From contig CAYLWO010000002.1 of NCBI GenBank assembly GCA_964387285.1, positions 4,070 through 68,069 of the forward strand: a DNA stretch of 64,000 nucleotides, written 5' to 3'. A program made the position numbers and the translations under genes. Every line of letters starts with the position of its first letter. Position 1 is the stretch's first letter. This document shows positions 1 to 9,583 of this stretch, one piece after another. This stretch comes from an uncultured Cytophagia bacterium (GTDB lineage: Bacteria > Zhuqueibacterota > Zhuqueibacteria > Residuimicrobiales > Residuimicrobiaceae). Below the pieces are notes generated by a model, which did not search any database, was not told the origin of the DNA, and saw only the letters and a list, made by a program, of their open reading frames with translations.

Positions 1-1506
1 AAACAACCCAATGAAACCAACACCAACTATGCTCAGGGCGGCATAGCGGCCGTCTTTGACGAATCCGATTCGTTCGAGCGTCATGTACAGGACACGCTGC
101 AGGCCGGCGCCGGCTTGTGTCATGAGGACGCGGTGCGTCTGATTGTGGAGCAGGGACCCGGTCGTGTGCGCGAGTTGTTTGATCTCGGTGTGCAATTTAC
201 GCAAAAAGCAAACGGTCAATTTGACCTGGGTCGCGAAGGCGGTCACCACGGCAACCGCATTGTTCACGTCAAAGACCACACCGGCCGCGATGTAGAACAG
301 GCGTTGCTGGCCGCCGTCAAACAGAATCCCAGGATATCGTTATATGAAAATCACGTGGCGGTGGAACTCATAACCGAGCATCACATTTTTTCACCGCATC
401 CGCAGCAGGTGGACCTGCATTGCTGGGGCGCTTATGTACTGAATGTCAACGACAATCGCATCGAGCGCTTTTTAGCCAAGGCAACCATCCTGGCCACAGG
501 CGGTTGCGGCCAGGTTTATTTGCACACCACCAATCCATCCATTGCCACGGGCGACGGCGTGGCCTTGAGTTATCGCGCCGGCGCCCGTATCGCCAACATG
601 GAATTCATGCAGTTCCATCCCACCTCGCTGTATCACAGCGAAGCTAACTCGTTTCTCATCTCTGAAGCGGTGCGCGGCTTTGGCGGCATTCTCATTACTA
701 AATCCGGCGAATCGTTTATGGAAAAATATCATCAGATGGCCTCGCTGGCGCCGCGCGATGTGGTGGCCCGCGCCATTGACACCGAGATGAAAAAAAGCGG
801 TGAACCCTGTGTTTATCTGGACATCACGCACAAGGACAGCCAGGAAATCAGGAGCCATTTCCCGCATATTTATGAAAACTGTCTAAAGTACAAAATCGAC
901 ATCACCAGGGAACCCATTCCGGTGGTTCCGGCCGCCCATTACGCCTGCGGCGGCGTGGCCACCGACCTGCAGGCGCGCACCAGCATAGGCGGATTGTTTG
1001 CCGCCGGAGAGGTCGCATGCACCGGCGTGCACGGCGCCAATCGTCTGGCTTCCAACTCGTTGCTGGAAGCCGTTGTTTTCGGTCACATCGCCGGTGTTGG
1101 CGCTGCGCAACTTGTCCAGTCGCGCAAATATGAATTCCCGGCCATACCGCGCTGGGATGACAGCGCCACATTCAACAGCGAGGAGTGGGTGCTCATCTCC
1201 CACGACAAAATGGAAATTAAAAATATCATGTGGGATTATGTCGGCATTGTGCGCTCGACGCTGCGCCTGGAACGCGCCCTGAGCCGGGTCCGGCTGATCC
1301 GCCAGGAAATAGAAAACTTTTACCGCCGGACCAAAATCACCGAAGGGCTGATCGAACTCCGCAACCTGGCCACGGTCGCGCAACTGATCATTCAATCCGC
1401 CTTGCTGCGCAAAGAGAGCCGGGGATTGCACTTTACCACCGATTACACGAAAACGGATAATGAAAATTTTCTTCTGGATACCATATTACAGCGCATCGAT
1501 GTCTAG
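1..1506 (+). CDS. nadB: L-aspartate oxidase, 5'-truncated by window edge
   Basis: Frame 1 is open from base 1 ([21 protein letters not shown]...), so the ORF-track start at 115 is internal. Flavoprotein motifs [27 protein letters not shown] are typical of the NadB/succinate dehydrogenase family. Confidence 0.88.
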   Translation, partial: KQPNETNTNYAQGGIAAVFDESDSFERHVQDTLQAGAGLCHEDAVRLIVEQGPGRVRELFDLGVQFTQKANGQFDLGREGGHHGNRIVHVKDHTGRDVEQALLAAVKQNPRISLYENHVAVELITEHHIFSPHPQQVDLHCWGAYVLNVNDNRIERFLAKATILATGGCGQVYLHTTNPSIATGDGVALSYRAGARIANMEFMQFHPTSLYHSEANSFLISEAVRGFGGILITKSGESFMEKYHQMASLAPRDVVARAIDTEMKKSGEPCVYLDITHKDSQEIRSHFPHIYENCLKYKIDITREPIPVVPAAHYACGGVATDLQARTSIGGLFAAGEVACTGVHGANRLASNSLLEAVVFGHIAGVGAAQLVQSRKYEFPAIPRWDDSATFNSEEWVLISHDKMEIKNIMWDYVGIVRSTLRLERALSRVRLIRQEIENFYRRTKITEGLIELRNLATVAQLIIQSALLRKESRGLHFTTDYTKTDNENFLLDTILQRIDV

Positions 1507-1572
1507 ACAAACGGTTTTTAGAATCGGCACAGCTACGTTATGGGCCAAAACCATTGAATCACAGGAGCTCCT

Positions 1573-2712
1573 ATGATCATTAAAAAAGTGATGGTGCGCG
1601 CTTTTAAATCACTGAATGAATTATCCCTGAACCTGGATCCCAAAATCAATGTCCTCATCGGCACCAATGAGAGCGGCAAATCCAACATTCTGAAATCCAT
1701 CGAAGCCTTTCGCCATGATGCGCTCTTTGACGCCACCCTGACTTGCCAGTATTCCAACCATTATTATATGGGCAAACCGCCGGAAATTATTGTCGAATGG
1801 AGCGGCCTGTCCAAAGAAAATCGCCGATACTTGCAGCAGATCTCCGATGTCTTTAAAGACGCTGAATCCTTTCAGGTCTGCCGGGACGGGATGGAGTATA
1901 AGGACTACCGTTTGTTCATCGGCGATAAGCAGATCGACAACATAGATATGCACAAATTGATTAAGGTGATGCCCAAAGTGCTCTATTTCGATGAAATCCG
2001 TTTGTTGAAAAATCGCGTCGACATGGATCAGCTTACATCCGGCAAAGCCGAATTCGCTACAGAAAAAAACCTGCTTAAAATCGGCGGCGTTGAAACCTAC
2101 GATCTCATCTTTGAAGACAGCGCTCGTGGAAGGCGCACGCTGGAAGAGGCGGGACGCATCATCTCTGAACAGATTCGTCGCGTATGGTCCCAGGAACCGA
2201 CCATTGAAGTCAAATTGAATGTGAACGGTAAATCGCTCTATATCGATTTCAGCGACAGCACCACGGTTTTCGATACGCCGGAATCGCGCAGTCTGGGATT
2301 CCGCTGGTATCTCTCGTTCTATGTAAATTTTCTTGCCCAGACTTTTGAAGGTCAGGCCAACGAATACATCTTTCTGATCGATGAGCCCGGCATTCACCTG
2401 CATCCGGCCGGACAAAAAGACCTGGTGCGCGTTCTAGAAGATCTGGCTTTAAAAAATCAGATCATTTACACGACCCATTCACCGTTTATGATCAATCGCG
2501 ATTATCCGGACCGGGTCACCCTGGTCATGAAGGATAAAAACGGCACCAAAATCGACCAGCTGTGCTATCGGGAAAACTGGAAACCGCTGCGCAACGAGAT
2601 CGGCCTCAAAGTCGGCGACCTTTTCTTTTTCAGCGACTCGAGCCTCATTTTAGAGTTACCCACAGGAAAAAAATTCAGTTTCCTGGACAAATTGCGCGGC
2701 GCTGCCGAATAA
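1573..2712 (+). CDS. OLD-family-like AAA ATPase (AAA_15/AAA_21 type), ATPase domain only, no Toprim
   Basis: Walker A LIGTNESGKSNILKS, ABC-signature-like SRSLGFRWYLSF, Walker B plus OLD-type IFLIDEPGIHLHPAGQ. RBS AGGAG lies 6 nt upstream of the ATG. Only 379 aa, and the convergent peptidase gene abuts at 2719, leaving no room for a nuclease domain. Confidence 0.6.
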   Translation: MIIKKVMVRAFKSLNELSLNLDPKINVLIGTNESGKSNILKSIEAFRHDALFDATLTCQYSNHYYMGKPPEIIVEWSGLSKENRRYLQQISDVFKDAESFQVCRDGMEYKDYRLFIGDKQIDNIDMHKLIKVMPKVLYFDEIRLLKNRVDMDQLTSGKAEFATEKNLLKIGGVETYDLIFEDSARGRRTLEEAGRIISEQIRRVWSQEPTIEVKLNVNGKSLYIDFSDSTTVFDTPESRSLGFRWYLSFYVNFLAQTFEGQANEYIFLIDEPGIHLHPAGQKDLVRVLEDLALKNQIIYTTHSPFMINRDYPDRVTLVMKDKNGTKIDQLCYRENWKPLRNEIGLKVGDLFFFSDSSLILELPTGKKFSFLDKLRGAAE

Positions 2713-2718
2713 TATCCG

Positions 2719-3948
2719 CTACAGCCCCATAAACACGTGCGCCAGCACACGGCTATCTGTCAACGTATTGGAAATCAACGATGATTCGTCCGGTTGATGG
2801 GCCGTATCTTCGATGGTAGACCACACGGCCGCCGGCAATCCTGCTGCGCGAAAAACCGCAGCTACGGTGCCGCCGCCGATACCGATCAATTTTGCTTCAA
2901 GGCCTTTGACCGTTTTAATGGCGCGCACCAGTGCCTGTACCACCGGCGCTTCCGCCGCTGTCGGCGGTGCAGCCTCAGCGCGCTGCCTGGATGACAGGGA
3001 AACCGTAACGCCGAATTGTTCTTGCACCTGTTTGCTGATTTCCGCTATTTTTTCTTCCACTTTATGCAAAGGGTATTGCGGCAACACCCGGCTGTCCAGA
3101 TAAAACACATCCTCGCCCGGAATACTGTTGATGTTGGGCACATTGCTCTCTTTTTTAGTCGGCTCAAACGTACTGATGGGCGGATCAAACAACTCATCGC
3201 TTTGATTGAACTGTTCATACAAACTGTCCAACTTGACGGCAAGGTGCGCAGCCGCCCGGTGCGCGTTAATGCCCAGGGCCGGCGTCGACGCATGACACTG
3301 TTTGCCCTGGACTTGCAACTGCAGCCAGAGAATGCTTTTTTCCGCGATTTCGATGGTCTGACCTACGGCATCGCCGGCGTCCGGAACAATGATGAGATCC
3401 TGATCGCTGAATTCTGCGCGATGCTTCTGCAGCAGATAATGCAAACCGTATTGGCTGCCGGTTTCTTCGTCCGCCACAATGGCCAGGCCGACGTTTAAAG
3501 CCGGCGTCATCGACAACTCTTTTAAAGCGGCCATGACAATCAATGCCGATACCAATCCCTGATGATTGTCCTCAACGCCACGACCAATCAAGCGGTCACC
3601 GTCGACTTTAAGCTGAAACGGATCACTGCTCCATAATTTGAGATCACCGGGCGGCACCACATCCAGATGCGCCAAAACCCACACCGTTTTGCTGCGATCC
3701 TGACCGTACCAACGTGCGAGCAAATTGGGACGGAATCCACAAGAAACCCGAGCATCCGGCGCCGGCAACTCTTTTAATTCATCGCACCCCAGGGTCGGTA
3801 ATAAACCTTTCACCCATTCCGCTTTTTCTTTCTCACCGTCGCCGCCGCTTTCCGGCGCCATGGCCGGAATGGCGGTCAGCGCCTGCTGCCAGGCAATGAC
3901 GCTAGCTGCTGATGCTTCGATGCGCGAATACAATTTTTCTAAGGACAT
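2719..3948 (-). CDS. M20 family metallopeptidase (ArgE/DapE-like)
   Basis: HLDVVP, GRGVEDNHQGL and ADEETGS metal-ligand motifs of M20 peptidases; 409 aa. Confidence 0.75.
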   Translation of the reverse strand: MSLEKLYSRIEASAASVIAWQQALTAIPAMAPESGGDGEKEKAEWVKGLLPTLGCDELKELPAPDARVSCGFRPNLLARWYGQDRSKTVWVLAHLDVVPPGDLKLWSSDPFQLKVDGDRLIGRGVEDNHQGLVSALIVMAALKELSMTPALNVGLAIVADEETGSQYGLHYLLQKHRAEFSDQDLIIVPDAGDAVGQTIEIAEKSILWLQLQVQGKQCHASTPALGINAHRAAAHLAVKLDSLYEQFNQSDELFDPPISTFEPTKKESNVPNINSIPGEDVFYLDSRVLPQYPLHKVEEKIAEISKQVQEQFGVTVSLSSRQRAEAAPPTAAEAPVVQALVRAIKTVKGLEAKLIGIGGGTVAAVFRAAGLPAAVWSTIEDTAHQPDESSLISNTLTDSRVLAHVFMGL

Positions 3949-3960
3949 ACAACTTCTCCT

Positions 3961-4659
3961 CTATAATTTTTTAATTTTTCCGGCTTGGCGCAACAGCCCA
4001 TGGCTGGCAGGACCATTATTACACATCAAATCCAGCACAGAAAGGTTTGGCATGAATTTCCCAAAAGACTGCTGATACTCTGGCGCATAAAAATCAAACG
4101 AATATAAAGCGATGCCCGCTTCCTGCAACCGGGAAACATCGATCAATGCTAGTTCGTGCGGCCACAAAAGATAACTGTCCGCATCAAGCTGACGCATCCA
4201 TGTCCGTATGCGTTCCGTTCGATCACTGCAAACGGTTAATTCGCCGGCTGCTTTTAATATGGCCAGCAAACGGGCAGGTGCGAAAATTTCAAACACCTGT
4301 AACAGCAGCGGATTCAGTTCAAACCAATTTTTTTGCCATACCCGGTCTAAAGAATCCTGATAAAAATCATAATACGGAGTAATGTGATAATTTATCTCTA
4401 TGGTTTTGCGATGTGTAGCCGGCCACTTCTCCTGCTGCAAAATTTTCGTTTGCGCTATACTTTGACCGCTTTTGCCGTGGCTGATAACCGGAACCGTTAA
4501 CCATTGCATGCCCTGTGCGCTCTTAATGGCAGCACGGTTTATGGTGCCATGCCGACGAAAATGAAAATTATCGGCCCACACCACGACATCGGCCTGCAGT
4601 GCTTTGGCAAAGTCACTTTGCGGGAAAAAATAGGATGGTTGCAGCACGGTCAGCAACAT
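3961..4659 (-). CDS. WbqC-like family protein (polysaccharide-associated)
   Basis: MLLTVLQPSYFFPQSDFAK...LTVPV...IAQTKI matches the WbqC-like architecture. The start was chosen at the internal ATG (4659) that abuts the GT4 stop codon. The longer ORF to 4692 would overlap the GT4 gene. Confidence 0.55.
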   Translation of the reverse strand: MLLTVLQPSYFFPQSDFAKALQADVVVWADNFHFRRHGTINRAAIKSAQGMQWLTVPVISHGKSGQSIAQTKILQQEKWPATHRKTIEINYHITPYYDFYQDSLDRVWQKNWFELNPLLLQVFEIFAPARLLAILKAAGELTVCSDRTERIRTWMRQLDADSYLLWPHELALIDVSRLQEAGIALYSFDFYAPEYQQSFGKFMPNLSVLDLMCNNGPASHGLLRQAGKIKKL

Positions 4660-4660
4660 G

Positions 4661-5803
4661 TCAATGCACACTCTTGTTTGCCAGACTGTCATAAAGTGCA
4701 GTCAATTTCATAGCCTCTGATTGCCAGTTGTGTTGTTCAAAAACAAATCGCCTGCCGTTTTCACCAAGCCGTTTCGCTTCCTCCGGCCGATCCAGCAAAC
4801 AACGAATAGCCTCACAGTGCGCCTGGCTATCCTGAGCAGCTACGACCAGGCCGGCCTGTGCTTTTTCTATGATATAGATCAGACTGGGCAAATCACTGGC
4901 AACCACCGGCAAACCGCAGGCCATATATTCAAACACCTTGTTCGGGTAAACCATTTTGGTGGTCTGCAAACTGGGTTGCCACGGAATTAATCCGATGCGG
5001 GAAGCTGTCAGGACTTTTGCCACCTGTTCATGAGGAATGGGTGGTCGATATTCAATGACATCCGCAACCAGGCATCTCTGCGCATATTGCTTCACCGCCG
5101 CTTCTACTGTTGGCTCATTAAAGGAACCCAGACAGAGCAAGCGAATATGCGGATGGGTTTTCTTTAATTCAACCATGATATCGACCAATGTAAAAGCGCC
5201 GCGCACCTCGCTTAAACCACCCAGGTAGATGATTTGCGGCAACGGTGTTGAACGCGACTGCCACGCTTTCTCAAAAACTTCCAAACGCGGAAGATTACGG
5301 ATTAAAACCGTATTGCATCCGGCTTGCTGCAATCGCGCCTGCTGATCAGGCACCACACAGACAACGGCATCCAACGTGCGCGCCAATGTCGGTTCCAACC
5401 AGGCAATAAAACGGGAAAACAGGGGACGAATCCAGGCCGGCAACCACACACGCTCATAGGCGGTTTCCGGATAATTCTCATGACAATCATAAATTACCGA
5501 CTTTTGTAATCGCTTCTTCAACAACCAGCCAATGAGCAATAATTCAAAGTCATGAAAATGGTAGACATCGCATTGTTCGTTTTTACAGAGTTGATAGAAT
5601 CTGAGCAAACCGGTGATCCGCTCAAAACGGCTTTTAGGCCGGGGAATGCCCTTGATGATGACGCCGTTTTTTTTATCCAAATTGAAATCGGCCGGCGCCA
5701 GTAAAGTCACATCATGGCCGGCTGCCGCCAATGTGACTGCTTCGCGGTGAAAAACCCGGACATCATCGGGCTTGTGTACAGAGGTAAAAATGCAAACTTT
5801 CAT
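4661..5803 (-). CDS. Glycosyltransferase family 4 (GT-B, WbuB-like)
   Basis: N-term MKVCIFTSVHKPDDVRVFHREA is typical of GT4 group enzymes. The C-terminal half has the EX7E-like region (VFEYMACGLPVVASD). Confidence 0.7.
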   Translation of the reverse strand: MKVCIFTSVHKPDDVRVFHREAVTLAAAGHDVTLLAPADFNLDKKNGVIIKGIPRPKSRFERITGLLRFYQLCKNEQCDVYHFHDFELLLIGWLLKKRLQKSVIYDCHENYPETAYERVWLPAWIRPLFSRFIAWLEPTLARTLDAVVCVVPDQQARLQQAGCNTVLIRNLPRLEVFEKAWQSRSTPLPQIIYLGGLSEVRGAFTLVDIMVELKKTHPHIRLLCLGSFNEPTVEAAVKQYAQRCLVADVIEYRPPIPHEQVAKVLTASRIGLIPWQPSLQTTKMVYPNKVFEYMACGLPVVASDLPSLIYIIEKAQAGLVVAAQDSQAHCEAIRCLLDRPEEAKRLGENGRRFVFEQHNWQSEAMKLTALYDSLANKSVH

Positions 5804-6148
5804 GGACCCGTGTTTTTGTTTAATGGAGATTGCAGATAATCCTGAATGGAGCGATCATTGCCCTCGCCAAGGTCCAAAAAGTATCGGAAGCGTTTCATTC
5901 CGAACCCGCTTTCGCGGGTGAGGAATCTATCAGCGAACTGTTATTACGTCAGTTACGAATTTTTCTACAAGGCCGCTTGCCAAATCAAAACTGCGAAAAT
6001 CTAACTTTTTGGACACCTAAAGGTTATTTTTCGAGCACATCTCGCTCAATTTAGGATAATATAAAAAATGGCAGAGTATTATACAAGCGGTTTAGCAGAG
6101 GGTGCTTATGGCAATGGTTCAAAGGTGTGACGTCAAAAAATCTAAACA

Positions 6149-8644
6149 TTAAAATCCGGTTCTGGCGCCGGACTGCGCATTGCTCAAAATCAACACGTAA
6201 TCATCGAGATCGATAAGCGCATCGGCATTTAGATCAGCGTCTTGATATCCGGTCGGTGTGGTACGCGCCGTGTTGAACCATAACACATAATCGCTGGTAG
6301 TTACATAACCATCCTGATTAATGTCTCCGGCTACAGAGGCCCATACCCCGGTGCTTACCTCAACCGCCGAATGGGCGCCAAAATAGCGGTCCGGATTTGT
6401 GGAAAAATCATAAGAGACAACGGTTCCTGGGGTAAAGGAAAGCATGGCGCTGCTTATAATTTTTAGGTGATTTCTGGTTGCAACAGAGATGTAATATACC
6501 CCAGTTGTCAGGCCGGTCAATGCAATGGCAGTATTGCCATTTTTATCCATAACCTGACCGTCCTGGCGAAGATAAAGATCATAGTAACCGGCCAGACTTG
6601 AACGGTCTGCCATATACAATTGCACTTGCAGGCTGTCAACACAATCCGCCGGTGGTGTGCCGGGCAATGCCGGATTGACGCGCATTTCCGGCCCAACATA
6701 TGGTCCCTGCAAATACAATTTAAGAAAGAGTGAACAGGTCGCAGTTTCCTGATATTCAAACGCACCCAGTTCCGGGGCTGAACCGGAATAGCCGTCATTA
6801 ATGCCGGGAATGTACTCGCCTTTGTTGAGCATGGCGCTCGAATTGAGTAATCCATAATCGCCGGCAGCAGGGTTAGCAAACCCGGGTTGCGCGTGAACGC
6901 CATGCACTTCATGTCCAGTGGCGGCTGTGAACGAAAGCAAATCCGTATAAATAGCCGGATACCAACGCACCAATGTCCCGACTGCAGGCGTCCAATAGCC
7001 GTTATAATCAAAATCGATCGGTTGACTGATGTTATAATCGTACAATGCATAACTGGTGCCCGACCAGATATTGTTTCTGGCATAAATCATTTCCCACTCT
7101 CCCGGTTGTTTGATATGCAGGCCATGGTTGCCGGACTCGGCAACATCACAGGTGTTGTGGAAAATATAGATAACGCCGGAGCGAGAGTAACCGCTGTTGA
7201 ATTTAAACGGCGTGCCTTCGTAGGAATTGCTGCCCTCGCCTGTTCGATAAATCAGATTGCGCAACAGATAGATCGGACCGACATAAACGGGCGCCACGGA
7301 AATACCGACCAACACTTCATGGATGGTGTTGTCCCAGATGCGCACGTTGCTGGCCATGCCGTCTGCTTCCATGCCGTCGTCGCCGCATCGGTACATGGTA
7401 TTGCCATACACATCGGTTTCATTGGTCGTTGTCGTTTCGCTTTCAGGACAGGCGGAAAATCCGTCAAAGCAATCATGAAACACATTATTGCGAATGACCG
7501 TGCCTCTTCCAGTGACCGGATCAAACGTAGTGATATTGCCGATGCTCAACGGCGAATCGTCATAAAAGTATTCCCAGGGCCAGTCATAAACGTCATCATA
7601 GAATTCATTGTCTTCAATGACATTGCGGTCGGAATTGCGCTTGATGCCAACGCCGATATTGTTCATCGCAAACGTGCAGTTTTTGATCAAACAATAGTCC
7701 GCATTGTTCAGATAAACGGCCTTGGGCGTGCCGCCGCTGCCATAAAATCTAAAGGTGATATCTTGCACACAAACATAATTCCGTGCCTCAATCAGCAAGG
7801 CATGATTGTAACGGGAAAGTATCATTGTCGCCAGATTGGGATCCTGCATGTCGGCCAAGCGGACATAGATCGTCGTGCCATCGGTAAAAGAGCCGGGGAT
7901 GCCCCATTTCAGATTTTGTAGATCAGTCAGGTTCTTATACGGCATGAGTCTTTTTCCATTGGCCGCAATAAACAAAACATCGCTGACTGAGACCGTTGTA
8001 CGATAGACGCCGCCGCCAGCCGCCGTCCAAGCGTACACGGCAGGATCGCTGCCGTCCATAATCGCAATCTCGTCATCATAACCTCTGATGACGATCGGCG
8101 CCGTGCTGCTGCCGGAACGCGGCCAGGCGATCTCGCCTTGACGATATACGCCGCCGCGTAAAACGATTTCATCGCCGGCCTGGGCGACCTGGGCCGCATG
8201 AGCCAATGTGGCAAACGGTTCCTCAATTGAGCCTGGATTGGCATCGAGTCCGGTTGTGCTGACATAGTAGGAATGCAGCGGCGCAGGAATGACAATTTCT
8301 GCCCGGGTAGTTTGCGAACCGCTAACGATCACGCCGTCCAAAGGATCCGAATCACTGTCGCTGAAGGAGACGCGAACTTCATAGGTTTGTCCGGGTTGCA
8401 GATAAAAAATACTGCCGACAAAACGAGTATCGCTGACGCGCGTCAAGGGAAAGCCGGTTCGATAACTCGCGCCGGTCAAACGACACTCCGGTATCGCGAC
8501 CGCATCACGATCCGGATCATCGCTGCTGGCGATGGTTACTATGACGCCCAGGGTGTGAAAATTGCCGTATAATTCCATGGTTGCGGGCAATACTGTATTG
8601 TGCGCCAAACAGACTACTAGGCAGGTAAATAGTATTCGTACCAT
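6149..8644 (-). CDS. Secreted right-handed parallel beta-helix (pectate-lyase-fold) protein with C-terminal dockerin repeats
   Basis: Signal peptide MVRILFTCLVVCLAHNTVLPA. The repetitive NN/G-rich beta-helix region includes IRNNVFHDCFDGF. Two dockerin type-I-like repeats sit at the C-terminus (DINQDGYVTTSDYVLWFN; DLNADALIDLDDYVLILSN). Confidence 0.65.
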   Translation of the reverse strand: MVRILFTCLVVCLAHNTVLPATMELYGNFHTLGVIVTIASSDDPDRDAVAIPECRLTGASYRTGFPLTRVSDTRFVGSIFYLQPGQTYEVRVSFSDSDSDPLDGVIVSGSQTTRAEIVIPAPLHSYYVSTTGLDANPGSIEEPFATLAHAAQVAQAGDEIVLRGGVYRQGEIAWPRSGSSTAPIVIRGYDDEIAIMDGSDPAVYAWTAAGGGVYRTTVSVSDVLFIAANGKRLMPYKNLTDLQNLKWGIPGSFTDGTTIYVRLADMQDPNLATMILSRYNHALLIEARNYVCVQDITFRFYGSGGTPKAVYLNNADYCLIKNCTFAMNNIGVGIKRNSDRNVIEDNEFYDDVYDWPWEYFYDDSPLSIGNITTFDPVTGRGTVIRNNVFHDCFDGFSACPESETTTTNETDVYGNTMYRCGDDGMEADGMASNVRIWDNTIHEVLVGISVAPVYVGPIYLLRNLIYRTGEGSNSYEGTPFKFNSGYSRSGVIYIFHNTCDVAESGNHGLHIKQPGEWEMIYARNNIWSGTSYALYDYNISQPIDFDYNGYWTPAVGTLVRWYPAIYTDLLSFTAATGHEVHGVHAQPGFANPAAGDYGLLNSSAMLNKGEYIPGINDGYSGSAPELGAFEYQETATCSLFLKLYLQGPYVGPEMRVNPALPGTPPADCVDSLQVQLYMADRSSLAGYYDLYLRQDGQVMDKNGNTAIALTGLTTGVYYISVATRNHLKIISSAMLSFTPGTVVSYDFSTNPDRYFGAHSAVEVSTGVWASVAGDINQDGYVTTSDYVLWFNTARTTPTGYQDADLNADALIDLDDYVLILSNAQSGARTGF

Positions 8645-8786
8645 CTATGCCTCCAAAACAAAGCTTTATTTATTTTGGATGTTCTATGCACCCAATATAA
8701 ATAATTTTTACATCAATTACGCTTTTTCAATCACGTTTTGTCCACAAATATATTTTCAAGCGCTTTTTACAGTGTCTTTCCGAGTA

Positions 8787-8846
8787 AATAATGGCACAAA
8801 TGCCATGATTACCAAAATGACAATGAAAATCGTGTCATTGCGAGCT
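8787..8846. repeat. Intergenic repeat family A/B copy 1 (contains hairpin ATGGCA-n4-TGCCAT and GTCATTGCGA core)
   Basis: aataatggcacaaatgccatgattacc-aaaatgacaatgaaaatcgtgtcattgcgagc aligns at about 80% identity with 50438-50498. Confidence 0.6.
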
Positions 8847-9017
8847 TGGGCGCGGTTGCTTACAAAGGGGAATATCTGCGCTGGAGTGAAGCAAACCCCT
8901 AGTACACCAAAATGTTTTTAGACAGGACTCATTAAATGAACTACTCCGAGATTCTCCTTGATTATTCGCCAGCGATTAAGTAATTTTTACCGAACATTTT
9001 TCCAGGGAGAGGCAAAA

Positions 9018-9413
9018 TTGAAAAAATTTTTGATCACAGGCAGCGTAATCATCCTGGCGGCACTGGCCGTCTTTTTATGGTGGCGTTACTATTTCGTATT
9101 CGGCGAAGGTATTAAAGCGGGCAATTTAAATTTTTTGGTAAAAAAGGGGTATGTGTTTAAAACCTGGGAAGGCCGCCTGATCCAGACCGGGTTTAAAACA
9201 CCGGCGCCCGGCGCCATGCAAAGCAACGAATTCGATTTCAGCATGGTCAACGACAGCCTGGCGCTAAAATTGGAACGTGCCGGCGGCCAATTCGTCGAAT
9301 TGCGCTACAAAGAGTATCTGCACACCCTGCCGTGGCGCGGCATGAGCAAATATGTGGTGATTGAAGTGCTGCGGGTGGAAAATGAACTCAGAGAGAACAC
9401 GGTGCCTTTTTAA
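9018..9413 (+). CDS. Hypothetical membrane-anchored protein
   Basis: TTG start after the GGGAGAGG RBS. One N-terminal TM helix (FLITGSVIILAALAVFLWW). No recognisable domain. Confidence 0.35.
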   Translation: MKKFLITGSVIILAALAVFLWWRYYFVFGEGIKAGNLNFLVKKGYVFKTWEGRLIQTGFKTPAPGAMQSNEFDFSMVNDSLALKLERAGGQFVELRYKEYLHTLPWRGMSKYVVIEVLRVENELRENTVPF

Positions 9414-9583
9414 AACACTATTCGGATCAAAATCCCCTTTTTTGAAATGGACCCTTTTGAATTTCCAGCGTGGATAATAACCAAGTTGCTTATCGGCTCG
9501 TTTTATCTGCGTTCATTTTTTCTTTTACTGGAACTGTGCAAAAGATACTGATCAATTAGGTCGACGCAGAGAGAACAAACGGC

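Noticed and set aside
115-1506. ORF-track start of nadB at 115.
   Set aside because: The same frame is open back to base 1 with bona fide NadB N-terminal sequence ([12 protein letters not shown]). The gene begins upstream of the window.
6887-7921. 344-aa plus-strand ORF lying entirely inside the minus-strand beta-helix gene. Similar antisense ORFs occur at 18308-19108, 35515-36132, 36825-37640, 37806-38846, 51944-52888 and 60408-61526.
   Set aside because: They sit antisense to long, well-supported genes and have low-complexity or Arg/Cys-rich composition, no RBS and no domain motifs. They are typical shadow ORFs.
8562-8921. 119-aa ORF spanning the A-family repeat.
   Set aside because: It overlaps an intergenic repeat/terminator region. 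Composition is poor and no RBS is present, so it is likely non-coding.
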